From NCBI GenBank assembly GCA_937877675.1, contig CALEIS010000135.1:173557-237556 (forward strand): a stretch of 64,000 nucleotides of DNA, written 5' to 3'. The translations under genes were made by a program, and so were the position numbers. Position 1 is the stretch's first letter, and each line of letters opens with the position of its first letter. This stretch comes from an uncultured Clostridia bacterium. Lineage in GTDB: Bacteria > Bacillota > Clostridia > Oscillospirales > Acutalibacteraceae. The notes below the pieces were generated by a model. The model had not been told where the DNA came from, did not search any database, and was given only the letters and a program-made list of their open reading frames with translations. This document shows positions 20,615-29,471 of this stretch, piece by piece.

Positions 20615-20804
20615 AAATGTGTTTTGTTTAAGTTGCTTAAGAATAACCCTCATGAGCGTAGTTCCCATGAGGGGGGTTAGGGTACTTCCCTAACGGATTA
20701 CTAATAACTCCGCAATTTCACTTACGAAGTAGTGAAACTCCGCATTCATTGTTACTGTTCATGACCAGTAGAATGTTGAAGCCCAAGTATAACCTAGTTT
20801 TGTC

Positions 20805-20878
20805 AGTTATGGTGAGAATTGAACTCACGACTTTCCTACGCATCACCGTATTCAGTTCTACCACTGAACTACATAACT
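20805..20878 (-). tRNA. tRNA-like gene with non-canonical anticodon arm
   Basis: Good acceptor (agttatg/cataact), D arm (gttc/gaac) and T arm (gtgag-ttcaatt-ctcac). The anticodon region folds only as tacg-gtgatg-cgta, a 6- or 8-nt loop. Confidence 0.35.
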
Positions 20879-20891
20879 AACTGATTATAAG

Positions 20892-20975
20892 AGCCTTGGG
20901 TCAGATTTGAACTGACGTGCCCATTACGGGTCTCGATTACAAGTCGAGTGCAATCGACCACTATGCGACCAAGGC
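20892..20975 (-). tRNA. tRNA-Thr(UGU)-like with long (type II-like) variable arm
   Basis: Acceptor gccttgg/ccaaggc. Anticodon arm ctcga-cttgtaa-tcgag. About 15-nt variable arm acccgtaatgggcac. T arm gtcag-ttcaaat-ctgac. Confidence 0.55.
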
Positions 20976-20983
20976 TTTAAGGA

Positions 20984-21056
20984 TTGCAGAGGCAGGACTC
21001 GAACCTGCGGTCTTCTGGTTATGAGCCAGATGAGATAACCTCTTCTCTACCCTGCG
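20984..21056 (-). tRNA. initiator-type tRNA-fMet(CAU)
   Basis: cgcaggg...ctctgca gives the C1xA72 mismatch typical of bacterial initiators. Anticodon loop ctcataa. Confidence 0.75.
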
Positions 21057-21065
21057 ATTTATAAA

Positions 21066-21860
21066 TTATTCTATAAAAGTTTTAGCCTTCTTGATTGCTT
21101 CTTTTGGATTGTTATACACATCCTTCCAAATCAATCTCAATACTTCCCATCCATTTTCTTTAAGAAGAGCATCCTTACGCATGTCACGTTCTTTGTAATC
21201 TTGAAATCTTTGGTGTTGCTCACCATCAATCTCAATACATTTCTTCTTAGCAACCCATGCAAAGTCAAGCGAAAATCTTCCAAACGAATATTCTCTAATA
21301 TAGTCTTTGTCATCAAACTCATTCTCAATAACTGACATAAACCATTTTTCAGGGTAAGATGGTTCATTATTCCATCTACTCATGCCAATGTTATGTGCTC
21401 TGTTTTCAGAATGTGCTTTCTTCATTGACTCAGAGATTTTGTTTTTGGTATTATCTGTTAAAGTCTTACCATTACACCAAACTTCAATTTCTCCGTTAGC
21501 ATATCTTCGTTTTAGTTCTTCACTACCTTTACGAACACTTTCATCTGTCTCTTTAGTTAATCCTTTATTCCATGATGTTTTGCCACCATTTTTAGTAAAC
21601 TCAGGATGGATATTTGCTACATGTTCGTAAAGTTTTGCTCTACTGCCGAAGCATTCTCCACAATGAACACACTTCCATTTTGCTGCTCGTATGTTTGCTT
21701 CGTGAATACTGTTACGATTCACAATAGAGGGTAAATTACTCACACGATTCTTAACCTTATTGAGATTGGCTTTTGACCTACAAGACGCAGAACAAAATCT
21801 ACCAGACCCATAAGAGCCATCATGTTCTTTACCACATACTTCACATTGTTTCATGTTCAT
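21066..21860 (-). CDS. homing-endonuclease-like protein (Zn fingers + NUMOD3-like motifs + DUF559/Vsr-like nuclease)
   Basis: N-terminal CxxC...CxxxC and CxxC...H motifs. WNKGLTKET and WCNGKTLTD motifs. C-terminal FSLDFAW...IEIDGEQH...D...L...GWEVLR. Confidence 0.6.
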   Translation of the reverse strand: MNMKQCEVCGKEHDGSYGSGRFCSASCRSKANLNKVKNRVSNLPSIVNRNSIHEANIRAAKWKCVHCGECFGSRAKLYEHVANIHPEFTKNGGKTSWNKGLTKETDESVRKGSEELKRRYANGEIEVWCNGKTLTDNTKNKISESMKKAHSENRAHNIGMSRWNNEPSYPEKWFMSVIENEFDDKDYIREYSFGRFSLDFAWVAKKKCIEIDGEQHQRFQDYKERDMRKDALLKENGWEVLRLIWKDVYNNPKEAIKKAKTFIE

Positions 21861-21915
21861 ACTATTATTTAGTTGAATGGAAAATGCAGGGGACTAAAAC
21901 TTTTACTTTTTTAAG

Positions 21916-22245
21916 CTCGGGTGGTAGGGGTCGAACCTACGACCTAGTGATTACCCAAAAGAATGATAAATGTTTTATCTTTCTTCCGTGGACTTTCTCT
22001 TCATCATGCCATCAATGATGGTTTAGATGCACCGTGTAAAGTCTCTGCACATAAAAGAACGATTGCTCGTTCAATCTTGCTCAGGATTGGGATAAGATTT
22101 ATAGGCACTTATCCGTTCCCTGACTTAGCGATGTTTTCACCTCAAAGTTTCCAATGAAGGCTGCCTGTGCCTCGATTATTGCATAACACGCTTATAATCA
22201 ACATGTTCTGACAGTCACCCGCTCGTTCCACTGAGCTACACCCGA
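21916..22245 (-). tRNA. tRNA-Asn(GUU) (alternatively Thr-GGU) interrupted by a group I intron
   Basis: 5' exon tcgggtgtagctcagtggaacgagcgggtgactgt (22211-22245). 3' exon taatcactaggtcgtaggttcgacccctaccacccgag (21916-21953). Joined, they give a perfect cloverleaf with loop ctgttaa. Confidence 0.7.
21954..22210 (-). ncRNA. group I intron in tRNA anticodon loop (~257 nt, no ORF)
   Basis: The 5' exon ends in U and the intron ends in G. The internal ..gcagagacuuuacacggugc.. resembles the P7/J8-7 core of tRNA-resident IC3 introns, as recalled from memory. Confidence 0.6.
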
Positions 22246-22452
22246 ATTAGTTATTTCACTATCTTTTAATTTACTTTCATCTGCTGTCAAGAACTATTAT
22301 ACATCAGTTCTATTCATTAGATGGAATCTGTGTCAGATTCATTGTCGAGAGCCGTTTGTCCCTCTTTTATTATTTATACTTTTGAGGTCAGAAAGATTGA
22401 AGATTTTGTAAGTTTTTTATCTTTTTTCTTTCTTGTTGCTCGCAACACCATT

Positions 22453-22480
22453 ATTATATCATAGTTCTGTTCGTTGTCAA
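22453..22480 (-). promoter_or_regulatory. TTGACA-N16-TATAAT promoter cassette
   Basis: attata at 22453-58 and tgtcaa at 22475-80, with A/T tracts upstream. Confidence 0.65.
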
Positions 22481-22521
22481 GCATTTTTTCATAATTTTTT
22501 GAAAAAAGTTTGAAAAAGTTT

Positions 22522-22719
22522 TCAAGCTAGAAGTTTCAAGAAAAATGCTAAACCGTAACAGATGTAGATTTTATAATGAAGTGATTTCATTGACTCTTCT
22601 ATTTCATCAGGGGAAACACCAAACTCTTCAATAAGTCTGTCAGTGCTTTTCCACGTTCTCCATAGAAGGAATGTGAGCAATAGACCTATACCGATTAGTA
22701 TGTATGCTATTGTTATCAT
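22522..22719 (-). CDS. small membrane protein
   Basis: 65 aa with an N-terminal TM helix. It overlaps the stop of the HNH gene. Confidence 0.45.
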   Translation of the reverse strand: MITIAYILIGIGLLLTFLLWRTWKSTDRLIEEFGVSPDEIEESMKSLHYKIYICYGLAFFLKLLA

Positions 22720-23477
22720 TTTATGTTATATTTTTCTTTCCACTTTCTAACTGCATTATCAGATACTTTGAAATGTCTGCCCAATGCCAACATAGATTTG
22801 TGAATTTTCATCGCTTCTCGTAATTCTTCCTCACTTGGTATGTTTCTTGCGTTCCAATTATCATAACATTTTCTACAACAAAATCTTTTCTGTTTAGTAG
22901 AAGATAACTGTTTGTTACATACTTCACAAAAACGTGGTTCTGCTTCAACTGTTACTTTTTTCTCCCTTGGTTTTCTCACAGGTTTTTCAATAGTTGGTGT
23001 AATCTTCTTTACAACTTTTGCTTTTTCCTTATGAGAAATTGTATTTGCACCTCTGTAATGTTCTGTTAATGCGTGACAATTAGGACAAACAATCTGTAAG
23101 TTCTCAAATGAGTTATCCAAACGATTGCCGTTCTTATGATGTAGTTCAAGTGGTATCTCTACACCTTGCCACTCTTTCAAGCCACATACTTCACATACTT
23201 TTTCTTTAAGATTGAATTGGAAAATTCGTCTTTTGAGATGATAACTTGATAACATTTTTTCACCTCTAAAAACTTTTTCCAAATCTTCCCTAGTAAAAGA
23301 TTGACTTGAAACTTTTTTACATCCCCTTCCCCCTTGATTTGGTTGAAAACACCCATACTTTTTAGCAAGGCGTGCAAATGCGTTATACGAAATTCCTAAC
23401 GAACCTGCTGCACCTGTTATAGTTTTTCTTTCTTCAAGTGCTTCTCGTATTATGTTTTCTTCTATATCGTATGCCAT
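22716..23477 (-). CDS. HNH homing endonuclease with N-terminal HTH
   Basis: ELHHKNGNRLDNSFENLQIVCPNCHALT, plus a second C-terminal CxxC/HTH region. Confidence 0.8.
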   Translation of the reverse strand: MAYDIEENIIREALEERKTITGAAGSLGISYNAFARLAKKYGCFQPNQGGRGCKKVSSQSFTREDLEKVFRGEKMLSSYHLKRRIFQFNLKEKVCEVCGLKEWQGVEIPLELHHKNGNRLDNSFENLQIVCPNCHALTEHYRGANTISHKEKAKVVKKITPTIEKPVRKPREKKVTVEAEPRFCEVCNKQLSSTKQKRFCCRKCYDNWNARNIPSEEELREAMKIHKSMLALGRHFKVSDNAVRKWKEKYNIK

Positions 23478-23543
23478 ACACTTATTTAGTGCTAAACATT
23501 CCGCAAGGGTTCAGATTTATGTAAATTATTGATTTTTATTGAG

Positions 23544-23627
23544 TATCACGGATGGGACTTGAACCCATACGCTCCGAAGAGCAACGGTTTTTAAGACCGT
23601 TTTGGCTACCGATTACAACACCGTGAC
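23544..23627 (-). tRNA. tRNA-Leu(UAA)
   Basis: Type II. Anticodon arm acggt-cttaaaa-accgt. Variable arm tgctcttcggagcg. T arm atggg-ttcaagt-cccat. Confidence 0.8.
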
Positions 23628-23635
23628 ATTAGTTA

Positions 23636-23719
23636 TAGGGCAAGTGGGACTCGAACCCACACGAGATTTCTCTCATCGCATTTTGAGTGCGACATGACTA
23701 CCAATTCCATCATCACCCC
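23636..23719 (-). tRNA. tRNA-Leu(CAA)
   Basis: Type II. Anticodon arm tcgca-ctcaaaa-tgcga. D loop ggaattggtag. T arm gtggg-ttcgagt-cccac. Confidence 0.8.
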
Positions 23720-23738
23720 ATTTCGTGTTGACGAGACT

Positions 23739-23766
23739 ATTATATCATAGTTCTGTTCGTTGTCAA
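23739..23766 (-). promoter_or_regulatory. TTGACA-N16-TATAAT promoter cassette driving the two tRNA-Leu genes
   Basis: attata at 23739-44 and tgtcaa at 23761-66. Confidence 0.7.
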
Positions 23767-23783
23767 CACTTTTTTTGAAATAA

Positions 23784-23803
23784 GGGGTAGTTTTTTCTAC
23801 CCC
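23784..23803 (-). terminator. hairpin terminator after the small lipoprotein gene
   Basis: ggggtag-tttttt-ctacccc. T-rich 3' flank on the minus strand. Confidence 0.6.
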
Positions 23804-23832
23804 TTGTAATCGCACGCAACAGGTCTTTTTAT

Positions 23833-23955
23833 TTACTTCTTCACAGGAAGAATCTTGACAGGAGCATCCTTCTCCGTCTGAATCTTCTGCTGTTGCTGCT
23901 GCTGACAAGCCACAAGGGCAAGTCCCATCATCGTCATTACCATTACTGTCTTCAT
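23833..23955 (-). CDS. small lipoprotein (40 aa)
   Basis: MKTVMVMTMMGLALVAC-QQQQQK... has a signal peptide with lipobox LVAC. TATAAT lies 6 nt upstream of the ATG and a terminator lies downstream. It is below the track's length cut-off. Confidence 0.5.
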   Translation of the reverse strand: MKTVMVMTMMGLALVACQQQQQQKIQTEKDAPVKILPVKK

Positions 23956-23984
23956 AAGATTATTATACATCAGTTCTTTTTTCT

Positions 23985-24464
23985 TCACCACCAATTTGTG
24001 AAAATCAATTTATCTGTATTTTCCCAATAGATGTTTCCCAACTTTCTGACAATTTCTTTGACTTCGCTATAATCATGTTCATCAAATCGTTTCTTACCAC
24101 ATCTCCATCCATTCATAGGAAACAACTTTAATAATTGCTTCTGCACATCTTCGTCAACTTTCTCAAGAATAGTAGTGAGGTCATTATATATGCTAACTGG
24201 TTCGTTCCTTATTGCATCATCTACTAGGTCAATGGCAAGTTGGCAATCCTTGAGTAGTGCATCAATGTCTTCCTTGTCAACCAAGTAATACTCACAGTTA
24301 TCGACACTGATACCCCAATGTTTATCAAACCACTCCATCAGACAATAGTTCTTTCGGAAATAAGCACACTCACTGTCCGTAGAAGTAGTGAAGAGTGTTT
24401 CCTTTGTCTTAGGATTGTGAACTTTCTTCTGAGTTACGTAATAAAAATTTGTATCAAGCCCCAT
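23985..24464 (-). CDS. hypothetical protein
   Basis: The start was chosen at MGLDTNFYY. Paralogous N-terminus to 25092..25577 (MGLDMYMY..). Confidence 0.5.
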   Translation of the reverse strand: MGLDTNFYYVTQKKVHNPKTKETLFTTSTDSECAYFRKNYCLMEWFDKHWGISVDNCEYYLVDKEDIDALLKDCQLAIDLVDDAIRNEPVSIYNDLTTILEKVDEDVQKQLLKLFPMNGWRCGKKRFDEHDYSEVKEIVRKLGNIYWENTDKLIFTNWW

Positions 24465-24726
24465 AACTATCTTTCTTCTTAGAGTCAATGTAAGTATAAG
24501 CGAAATCAATACCAATACATGCACCAAGGATAGCACAAATAATTAAATCAAACATTGTAATTAGTTCCTTATCATGGACGATGTAGATAACTATTGACAT
24601 AGTAGTGAGCAACTTGATAACAAACCACTTCCAAGGATTATTCTCACGCCAATACTCACAGAACATAATCATACCTAATTCCACGGTCAGTAGAATTCCA
24701 ATAATAATTAGCAGAATAGTATTCAT
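24454..24726 (-). CDS. membrane protein (3 TM)
   Basis: Hydrophobic 90-aa ORF starting at MNTILLIIIG. Confidence 0.5.
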   Translation of the reverse strand: MNTILLIIIGILLTVELGMIMFCEYWRENNPWKWFVIKLLTTMSIVIYIVHDKELITMFDLIICAILGACIGIDFAYTYIDSKKKDSYGA

Positions 24727-25076
24727 TTCTCTTCCTCCTTCTTCCAATTCTCAATCACCTCATCAAAGTGCTTGGAAAACGCTTTCTTTATATATGAGTG
24801 AAGCGTCCACTTGCCAATAAGGGTATTGAAGCAGACAACGAACTTATTATTCTTATATATAGAAATTTTGCCACAGAGAGAGCATTCGTGAAGAGCAATA
24901 CCCAAGGTCTGACCATCTTCCGTCATAAACTCATAGAGTTCGTAATGATGAAGGGTTTTACCATAACCAAAGGTCTGATAATTCACTGCCTTGAACTTAG
25001 TCTCTTCAAGGAACTTTTTGATTGTATTAATGTTCATACGAGATAAAAACGGTGAGTAACCAAATGAATAAAACAA
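24723..25076 (-). CDS. hypothetical protein
   Basis: 117-aa ORF. The start is uncertain. Confidence 0.5.
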   Translation of the reverse strand: MFYSFGYSPFLSRMNINTIKKFLEETKFKAVNYQTFGYGKTLHHYELYEFMTEDGQTLGIALHECSLCGKISIYKNNKFVVCFNTLIGKWTLHSYIKKAFSKHFDEVIENWKKEEEK

Positions 25077-25091
25077 ATAGGATACATAAAA

Positions 25092-25577
25092 TTAGTAAGA
25101 AGCAAGGTAAGTAATTAGTTCATCATCCTTCATTTTCTTGAGGAGATTCATGATACCATTGATAAGGTCTGCCATCATTGTTCCATCTTCGTCACCAAAG
25201 ATGTTCACAGCATTGTGACAATTTCCATAACGAAGTTCCTTATCAAAAACCTTGAGGAATACACGTCCTGCTACATAATACTCACGATGAAGCACATCAT
25301 TAGGAAGCTCTTTCTCCTCTGCATTCGTCATGTCATCATAAGCCACCATTGCAGCCTTATGAATGTTCATGACACTTTCCAAGAGATATGCAACCATATA
25401 AATTACATCATTCTTGGTGAAAATGTACTTACCCTCAACCTCAGTTCTCTTACCAAACCTGACAAAGAGGTCATGAAGGTCACGCTGACCACGCCAATAC
25501 AAGCACCGATTGTCATCACCTTCAAAGTTGATGTCATTATGATGCTTACTGTTATACATGTACATGTCTAATCCCAT
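25092..25577 (-). CDS. hypothetical protein
   Basis: 161-aa ORF. Confidence 0.55.
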   Translation of the reverse strand: MGLDMYMYNSKHHNDINFEGDDNRCLYWRGQRDLHDLFVRFGKRTEVEGKYIFTKNDVIYMVAYLLESVMNIHKAAMVAYDDMTNAEEKELPNDVLHREYYVAGRVFLKVFDKELRYGNCHNAVNIFGDEDGTMMADLINGIMNLLKKMKDDELITYLASY

Positions 25578-25582
25578 AATCT

Positions 25583-25780
25583 TTAAGCGTAATAAGTTGT
25601 ATTATCAATGGCTGCATGCTCAAAGCATTCATTCACATACTTTGTAGCGTCATCAATAAGAGTTTCATCTTCTTCAACGGCAAGGATAATCTTGGCAACC
25701 ACATCGAGAGCATCAAACTCATTCTTGGTCTTACCAATCATATCCACGAACTTCTGTAACTTTTCGTATCCTTCGCACAT
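25583..25780 (-). CDS. hypothetical small protein
   Basis: The start was moved to the first ATG downstream of the promoter (MCEGYEKLQKF). Confidence 0.45.
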   Translation of the reverse strand: MCEGYEKLQKFVDMIGKTKNEFDALDVVAKIILAVEEDETLIDDATKYVNECFEHAAIDNTTYYA

Positions 25781-25801
25781 AAGCTTTATCTTTCCACGAG
25801 A

Positions 25802-25830
25802 ATTATACACGAAATTCTAATTTAGGTCAA
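25802..25830 (-). promoter_or_regulatory. TTGACC-N17-TATAAT promoter cassette
   Basis: attata at 25802-07 and ggtcaa at 25825-30. Confidence 0.6.
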
Positions 25831-25836
25831 GACTTT

Positions 25837-26349
25837 TTATACAATTCCGTGAAAATTCTTGTGATTATCGTAATAATTCTGCTTATAGAAATTGAAAAAA
25901 CCTACGCTTTCATGAGGAAAATAATCTCCTCCACTAAATTGAGATATACCCTCATCACATGTATCCACAAAATGTTCCATAGAAACGAGTGAAGTCAACA
26001 AAGGCATACACTCTTTAATAATTGCTTCGTGGTATTTTTTATCTTTTCTAGGACGTGGACGCTCAATCGCCATGTATAATACCAATTCTTCAGCATCATC
26101 CCAACTTTCAGCATCTTCACTAATTATACCAAGACCATCTTCATCATCAATCCATTTATGAAGAGTTGCAGCGATACGAATATTTACAGGAAGATTACCA
26201 TTATGATAATCAGCACACATTTTATCATTGATTGCATCACAAATCATGATTATCTGTTCAATTGTAAACTTATGATTGTCATCCACCTCAAATTCATCAA
26301 TGTACTCCTCAATCGTTTCAGCAATGTTATTTTCAATAAGGTCTATCAT
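25837..26349 (-). CDS. hypothetical acidic protein
   Basis: Start at MIDLIENN, 9 nt downstream of a -10-like box. Confidence 0.5.
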   Translation of the reverse strand: MIDLIENNIAETIEEYIDEFEVDDNHKFTIEQIIMICDAINDKMCADYHNGNLPVNIRIAATLHKWIDDEDGLGIISEDAESWDDAEELVLYMAIERPRPRKDKKYHEAIIKECMPLLTSLVSMEHFVDTCDEGISQFSGGDYFPHESVGFFNFYKQNYYDNHKNFHGIV

Positions 26350-26358
26350 AACACGGAC

Positions 26359-26387
26359 AAAATACACTAATCTGTAATTCAAGTCAA
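26359..26387 (-). promoter_or_regulatory. TTGACT-N17-TATTTT promoter cassette (degenerate copy)
   Basis: Same cassette context (caagtcaagactttttt) as the other copies. Confidence 0.45.
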
Positions 26388-27262
26388 GACTTTTTTACAA
26401 AATATTGAGAAAAATCTTTCACACAATTTACATCAACCATGTGACATTGACATTCGTAACCATCCATAGGAGTGATAGTGAATTCCAAGTTCTTATGATA
26501 ATGTCCCATGAACCAATGTTTAGGAGTAAGATAGCAAGCCATGTCTGTCAATTCCTCTTGTTCCCTGGCCAGGTCATTCTTCAATTCCTTATCCATCACT
26601 AGGAACTTATCACAGTTACTATTGAATACAATACCGTTGGGAATAGGGCCTGTGTGTCCAATAATGAAATCAAACTGATAAGAATTCTTATAATTATCCC
26701 AAGGGTCAATGTAATCAAAACTTGCCCAATAGTTCTGACCTTCCTTCATCAACATTCTGTTCAAGGAAATTGCACCACCAAATACAAAACCTCTATAACC
26801 TCTGTATTCAATAATTCCCTTGTTCATAGGGAAGATGGTAGTGAAATGTAAGGCATAGTATTCTTGTGTATGATAATAAGCACAATCATGATTACCTCTG
26901 ATAAAGTATGCTATGCAGTTTCGCTCCCTAAAAAGATTATCAAGTTTACGGTATTGTCTCCATGAATCATCATAGAGCATTACTTGGTCTCCAAGCATAA
27001 TGAAAACACAATCACGATAATCATTTTCGAGAAGTTCCTCTTTGAAGCGTTTGTAGTTACCATGCAAGTCTCCAACTAAGAAGATTTGCTTATCGTCAGG
27101 GATTGTGTATGTCAAGATATAATTATTTACATTATAAGCATCATTTATACCTACAATGTCAAACTCATCAACACTAATACAAGGTTTGGGTAACTCCTCT
27201 AAAGGAATTACCTTACCCAAGTGTTGCAAATCTCTCTTATAACTGTTCCAATCTATTAACAT
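26384..27262 (-). CDS. calcineurin-like metallophosphoesterase
   Basis: Motifs GDLHGN, GDQ, GNHD and GHYH. Confidence 0.75.
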   Translation of the reverse strand: MLIDWNSYKRDLQHLGKVIPLEELPKPCISVDEFDIVGINDAYNVNNYILTYTIPDDKQIFLVGDLHGNYKRFKEELLENDYRDCVFIMLGDQVMLYDDSWRQYRKLDNLFRERNCIAYFIRGNHDCAYYHTQEYYALHFTTIFPMNKGIIEYRGYRGFVFGGAISLNRMLMKEGQNYWASFDYIDPWDNYKNSYQFDFIIGHTGPIPNGIVFNSNCDKFLVMDKELKNDLAREQEELTDMACYLTPKHWFMGHYHKNLEFTITPMDGYECQCHMVDVNCVKDFSQYFVKKS

Positions 27263-27549
27263 TTTATCATCTTTACTGAGTTCATAGGAACACGTACTTT
27301 AGTTCCATCCTGAAGTTTTACGAGAACATGAGAAGCAGACCATTGCCAACTATCTACAAGTTCCACATTCTTTGCCACATTATCAGTCTCAATAATAGCA
27401 TACACAGGATAACCTTTACTTAAAGCACTCTTAGCACGTGCAAACAGTTCCAATGTATCGTAATCTACTTGATAATTATGTTTGAGTCTCTGTAAAACAT
27501 CCTTGTTGTTATCCATGATGTTATCAATTTCTTGCATGTAATCAGGCAT
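27256..27549 (-). CDS. hypothetical protein
   Basis: The ORF start was chosen at MPDYMQEID. Confidence 0.45.
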   Translation of the reverse strand: MPDYMQEIDNIMDNNKDVLQRLKHNYQVDYDTLELFARAKSALSKGYPVYAIIETDNVAKNVELVDSWQWSASHVLVKLQDGTKVRVPMNSVKMIKC

Positions 27550-27754
27550 TGTTTTCTTCCTTTCTATACTCATGGCAAACCAAATTTCCATTGTCAAATG
27601 TCATGTGTGAAATTTCGTGGTCTTCTGACTCCTCCCGCAACCAATGATTATCCCAATATATTAACTCAAATTCAAAACTCATCTTTTCGAGTTCTTCCTC
27701 AGTCTTACTATTGAGAAAATTACGCAGTTCTACTAAGTTTTCAATCATTTCCAT
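27542..27754 (-). CDS. hypothetical acidic protein
   Basis: The start was chosen at MEMIENL. Confidence 0.4.
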   Translation of the reverse strand: MEMIENLVELRNFLNSKTEEELEKMSFEFELIYWDNHWLREESEDHEISHMTFDNGNLVCHEYRKEENNA

Positions 27755-27758
27755 AATC

Positions 27759-28016
27759 TTATCCAATGTAATAGTTAGCCAACTCACGAAGTTTGGTAGC
27801 AAGTCCTTGCTCAGAACTAACTACGAACTCTACTCCTACAGCCACATCATACACAATGTAACCTTCATCCCGCCGATAGGATACCATTACCTCACCCTTG
27901 TGGAAAGTAGAGGAAAGCATAGCCTCCAAGTCATCCGTCTGTTCATAGACATCAAAACCGTTACGATAAGCATCCCTATGTACAATACTGTCAAAGTTGA
28001 TTCGATTCATGTTCAT
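27759..28016 (-). CDS. hypothetical protein
   Basis: First ATG downstream of the promoter (MNMNRINFDS). Confidence 0.45.
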   Translation of the reverse strand: MNMNRINFDSIVHRDAYRNGFDVYEQTDDLEAMLSSTFHKGEVMVSYRRDEGYIVYDVAVGVEFVVSSEQGLATKLRELANYYIG

Positions 28017-28044
28017 GTTTGTGTTCCTTTCTTTGTCCACGGAC

Positions 28045-28073
28045 ATTATACACGAATTTATAATCCAAGTCAA
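28045..28073 (-). promoter_or_regulatory. TTGACT-N17-TATAAT promoter cassette
   Basis: attata at 28045-50 and agtcaa at 28068-73. Confidence 0.65.
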
Positions 28074-28176
28074 GACTTTTTTGATAAAAATTCAAATAAA
28101 AATCCCTCATAGACGAAGAATTATCTATGAGGGATACTGATAGACTGTCGCTGGCACAGGCATCTATTAGATGAAA

Positions 28177-28247
28177 TAGTCTCGCAAGGACTCGAACCTT
28201 GTCAGAGGGAATCAAAATCCCTAGTGCTACCATTACACCACGAGACT
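28177..28247 (-). tRNA. tRNA-Gln(UUG)
   Basis: Acceptor agtctcg/cgagact. D arm gtgt-aatggta-gcac. Anticodon arm aggga-ttttgat-tccct. Confidence 0.8.
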
Positions 28248-28258
28248 ATGTTTAGAAG

Positions 28259-28330
28259 GGCGAAGTAAGGGAATTGAACCCTTCTAATCCGAACCACAAT
28301 CGGAGGTTTTACCACTAAACTAACTTCACC
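28259..28330 (-). tRNA. tRNA-His(GUG)
   Basis: Encoded G-1 opposite C73. Anticodon arm tccga-ttgtggt-tcgga. Confidence 0.8.
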
Positions 28331-28331
28331 A

Positions 28332-28517
28332 TTACTTTGTGGTTTGTTCTACAGGAATTTCAATGATGTCCTCAATTACATATACACCACATTCAGGCAT
28401 ATCTCTCAATTCAGGAGCACCTTGTTCACATATGCTTGTACAACATGATGTCAAAGCACACATAATTCCTACAATTGCCATGAAAATTAATACTACTAAA
28501 ATACCTGTCTTATCCAT
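28332..28517 (-). CDS. small membrane/lipoprotein-like protein
   Basis: 61 aa with a hydrophobic N-terminus ending ..ALTSC. Confidence 0.45.
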   Translation of the reverse strand: MDKTGILVVLIFMAIVGIMCALTSCCTSICEQGAPELRDMPECGVYVIEDIIEIPVEQTTK

Positions 28518-28522
28518 GATTG

Positions 28523-28700
28523 TTATTTACTTTTATTGAATGGTGCAACTCTTGCAATTGTAATTCTACAACCAACTTCAACAAAGTCTTTCAACATATC
28601 GGCAGGAATAACCACACCCTGATTTTTTACATATGCTTCATGTAGAAACTGATGGAGTGCATCATCACTTCTCAAATCGTAACTTGTAATCTCTTTCATG
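28523..28700 (-). CDS. hypothetical small protein
   Basis: The start was moved to MKEITSYDL, because the upstream part of the track ORF overlaps tRNA-Gly. Confidence 0.45.
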
Positions 28701-28729
28701 TTTATATTATAACTATGTTCTACAAAAAG

Positions 28730-28801
28730 AGCGGACGATGGGATTTGAACCCACGACATTCACCTTGGCAAGGTGACGCTCTACCGCTGAGCTACGTCCG
28801 C
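28730..28801 (-). tRNA. tRNA-Gly(GCC)
   Basis: gcggacg/cgtccgc. Anticodon arm tcacc-ttgccaa-ggtga. Confidence 0.85.
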
Positions 28802-28938
28802 AAAAAATTAAGGGGCTGACATCCACTTCGGACCGCCCCATGACTAAAAAATGTGTTCATTTTGCTTTCAGAGGGGAACACTCCTATAAAACCTCCCTAC
28901 GAACCTTGACTTCATGCAAGCCGTAGCAGCTCACAGGG

Positions 28939-28967
28939 ATTATACACGAATTTTCCATAATTGTCAA
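28939..28967 (-). promoter_or_regulatory. TTGACA-N17-TATAAT promoter cassette
   Basis: attata at 28939-44 and tgtcaa at 28962-67. A ~135-nt structured leader precedes tRNA-Gly. Confidence 0.7.
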
Positions 28968-28999
28968 GCAAATATTGAAACTTTTTTGAACTTTTTTTA

Positions 29000-29084
29000 C
29001 GGGTGCAGAGGGACTCGAACCCCCAAGGGCATCCCTGCCCCAGCAATTTTCAAGATTGTGTCTTCATCCAGCCAGATTACACCC
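29000..29084 (-). tRNA. tRNA-Ser(UGA)
   Basis: Type II. Loop cttgaaa. Long variable arm ctggggcagggatgcccttg. Confidence 0.75.
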
Positions 29085-29203
29085 TTTTTTCCTACCAACT
29101 GTTGTCAATAGGGGAACATTTTCTCCGTCACGGCTAAAACAGTTCCATTAAAGTCCGCATGATAGTTATCATGATTATAAGAGAAATAATTTCTCAAACC
29201 TAG

Positions 29204-29293
29204 CGGGTGGTGGAGGATTTGAACCTCCGAACCGTATTAACTACGATTAAAGTCTTAGCAGGACTCCGCATTCAGCCACTCTGCCAACCACCC
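29204..29293 (-). tRNA. tRNA-Ser(GCU)
   Basis: Type II. gggtggt/accaccc. Anticodon arm gagtc-ctgctaa-gactt. Confidence 0.8.
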
Positions 29294-29299
29294 GAATTC

Positions 29300-29386
29300 A
29301 AGACACAAGCGGTGGATTTGAACCACCTTTAATTTATGTAGTTGCAGTACATTATATTATCCATTTAGATTTGCTGTAAGTGTCTT
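29300..29386 (-). ncRNA. ACAGCAAAU-box RNA 1 (tRNA-like: anticodon-type hairpin + T arm, closed by 7-bp helix)
   Basis: aagacac-tt-ACAGCAAATCTAA...atgta-ctgcaac-tacat...ggtgg-ttcaaat-ccacc-gctt-gtgtctt. It starts 5 nt after tRNA-Asp. Confidence 0.55.
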
Positions 29387-29391
29387 TTGAA

Positions 29392-29465
29392 CGAAGACGA
29401 AGGGGCTTGAACCCTCAACCTCAGCCGTGACAGGGCTGCGCTCTAACCAATTGAGCTACGCCTCC
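29392..29465 (-). tRNA. tRNA-Asp(GUC)
   Basis: Anticodon arm cagcc-ctgtcac-ggctg. Canonical D and T arms. Confidence 0.8.
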
Positions 29466-29471
29466 AATAAC

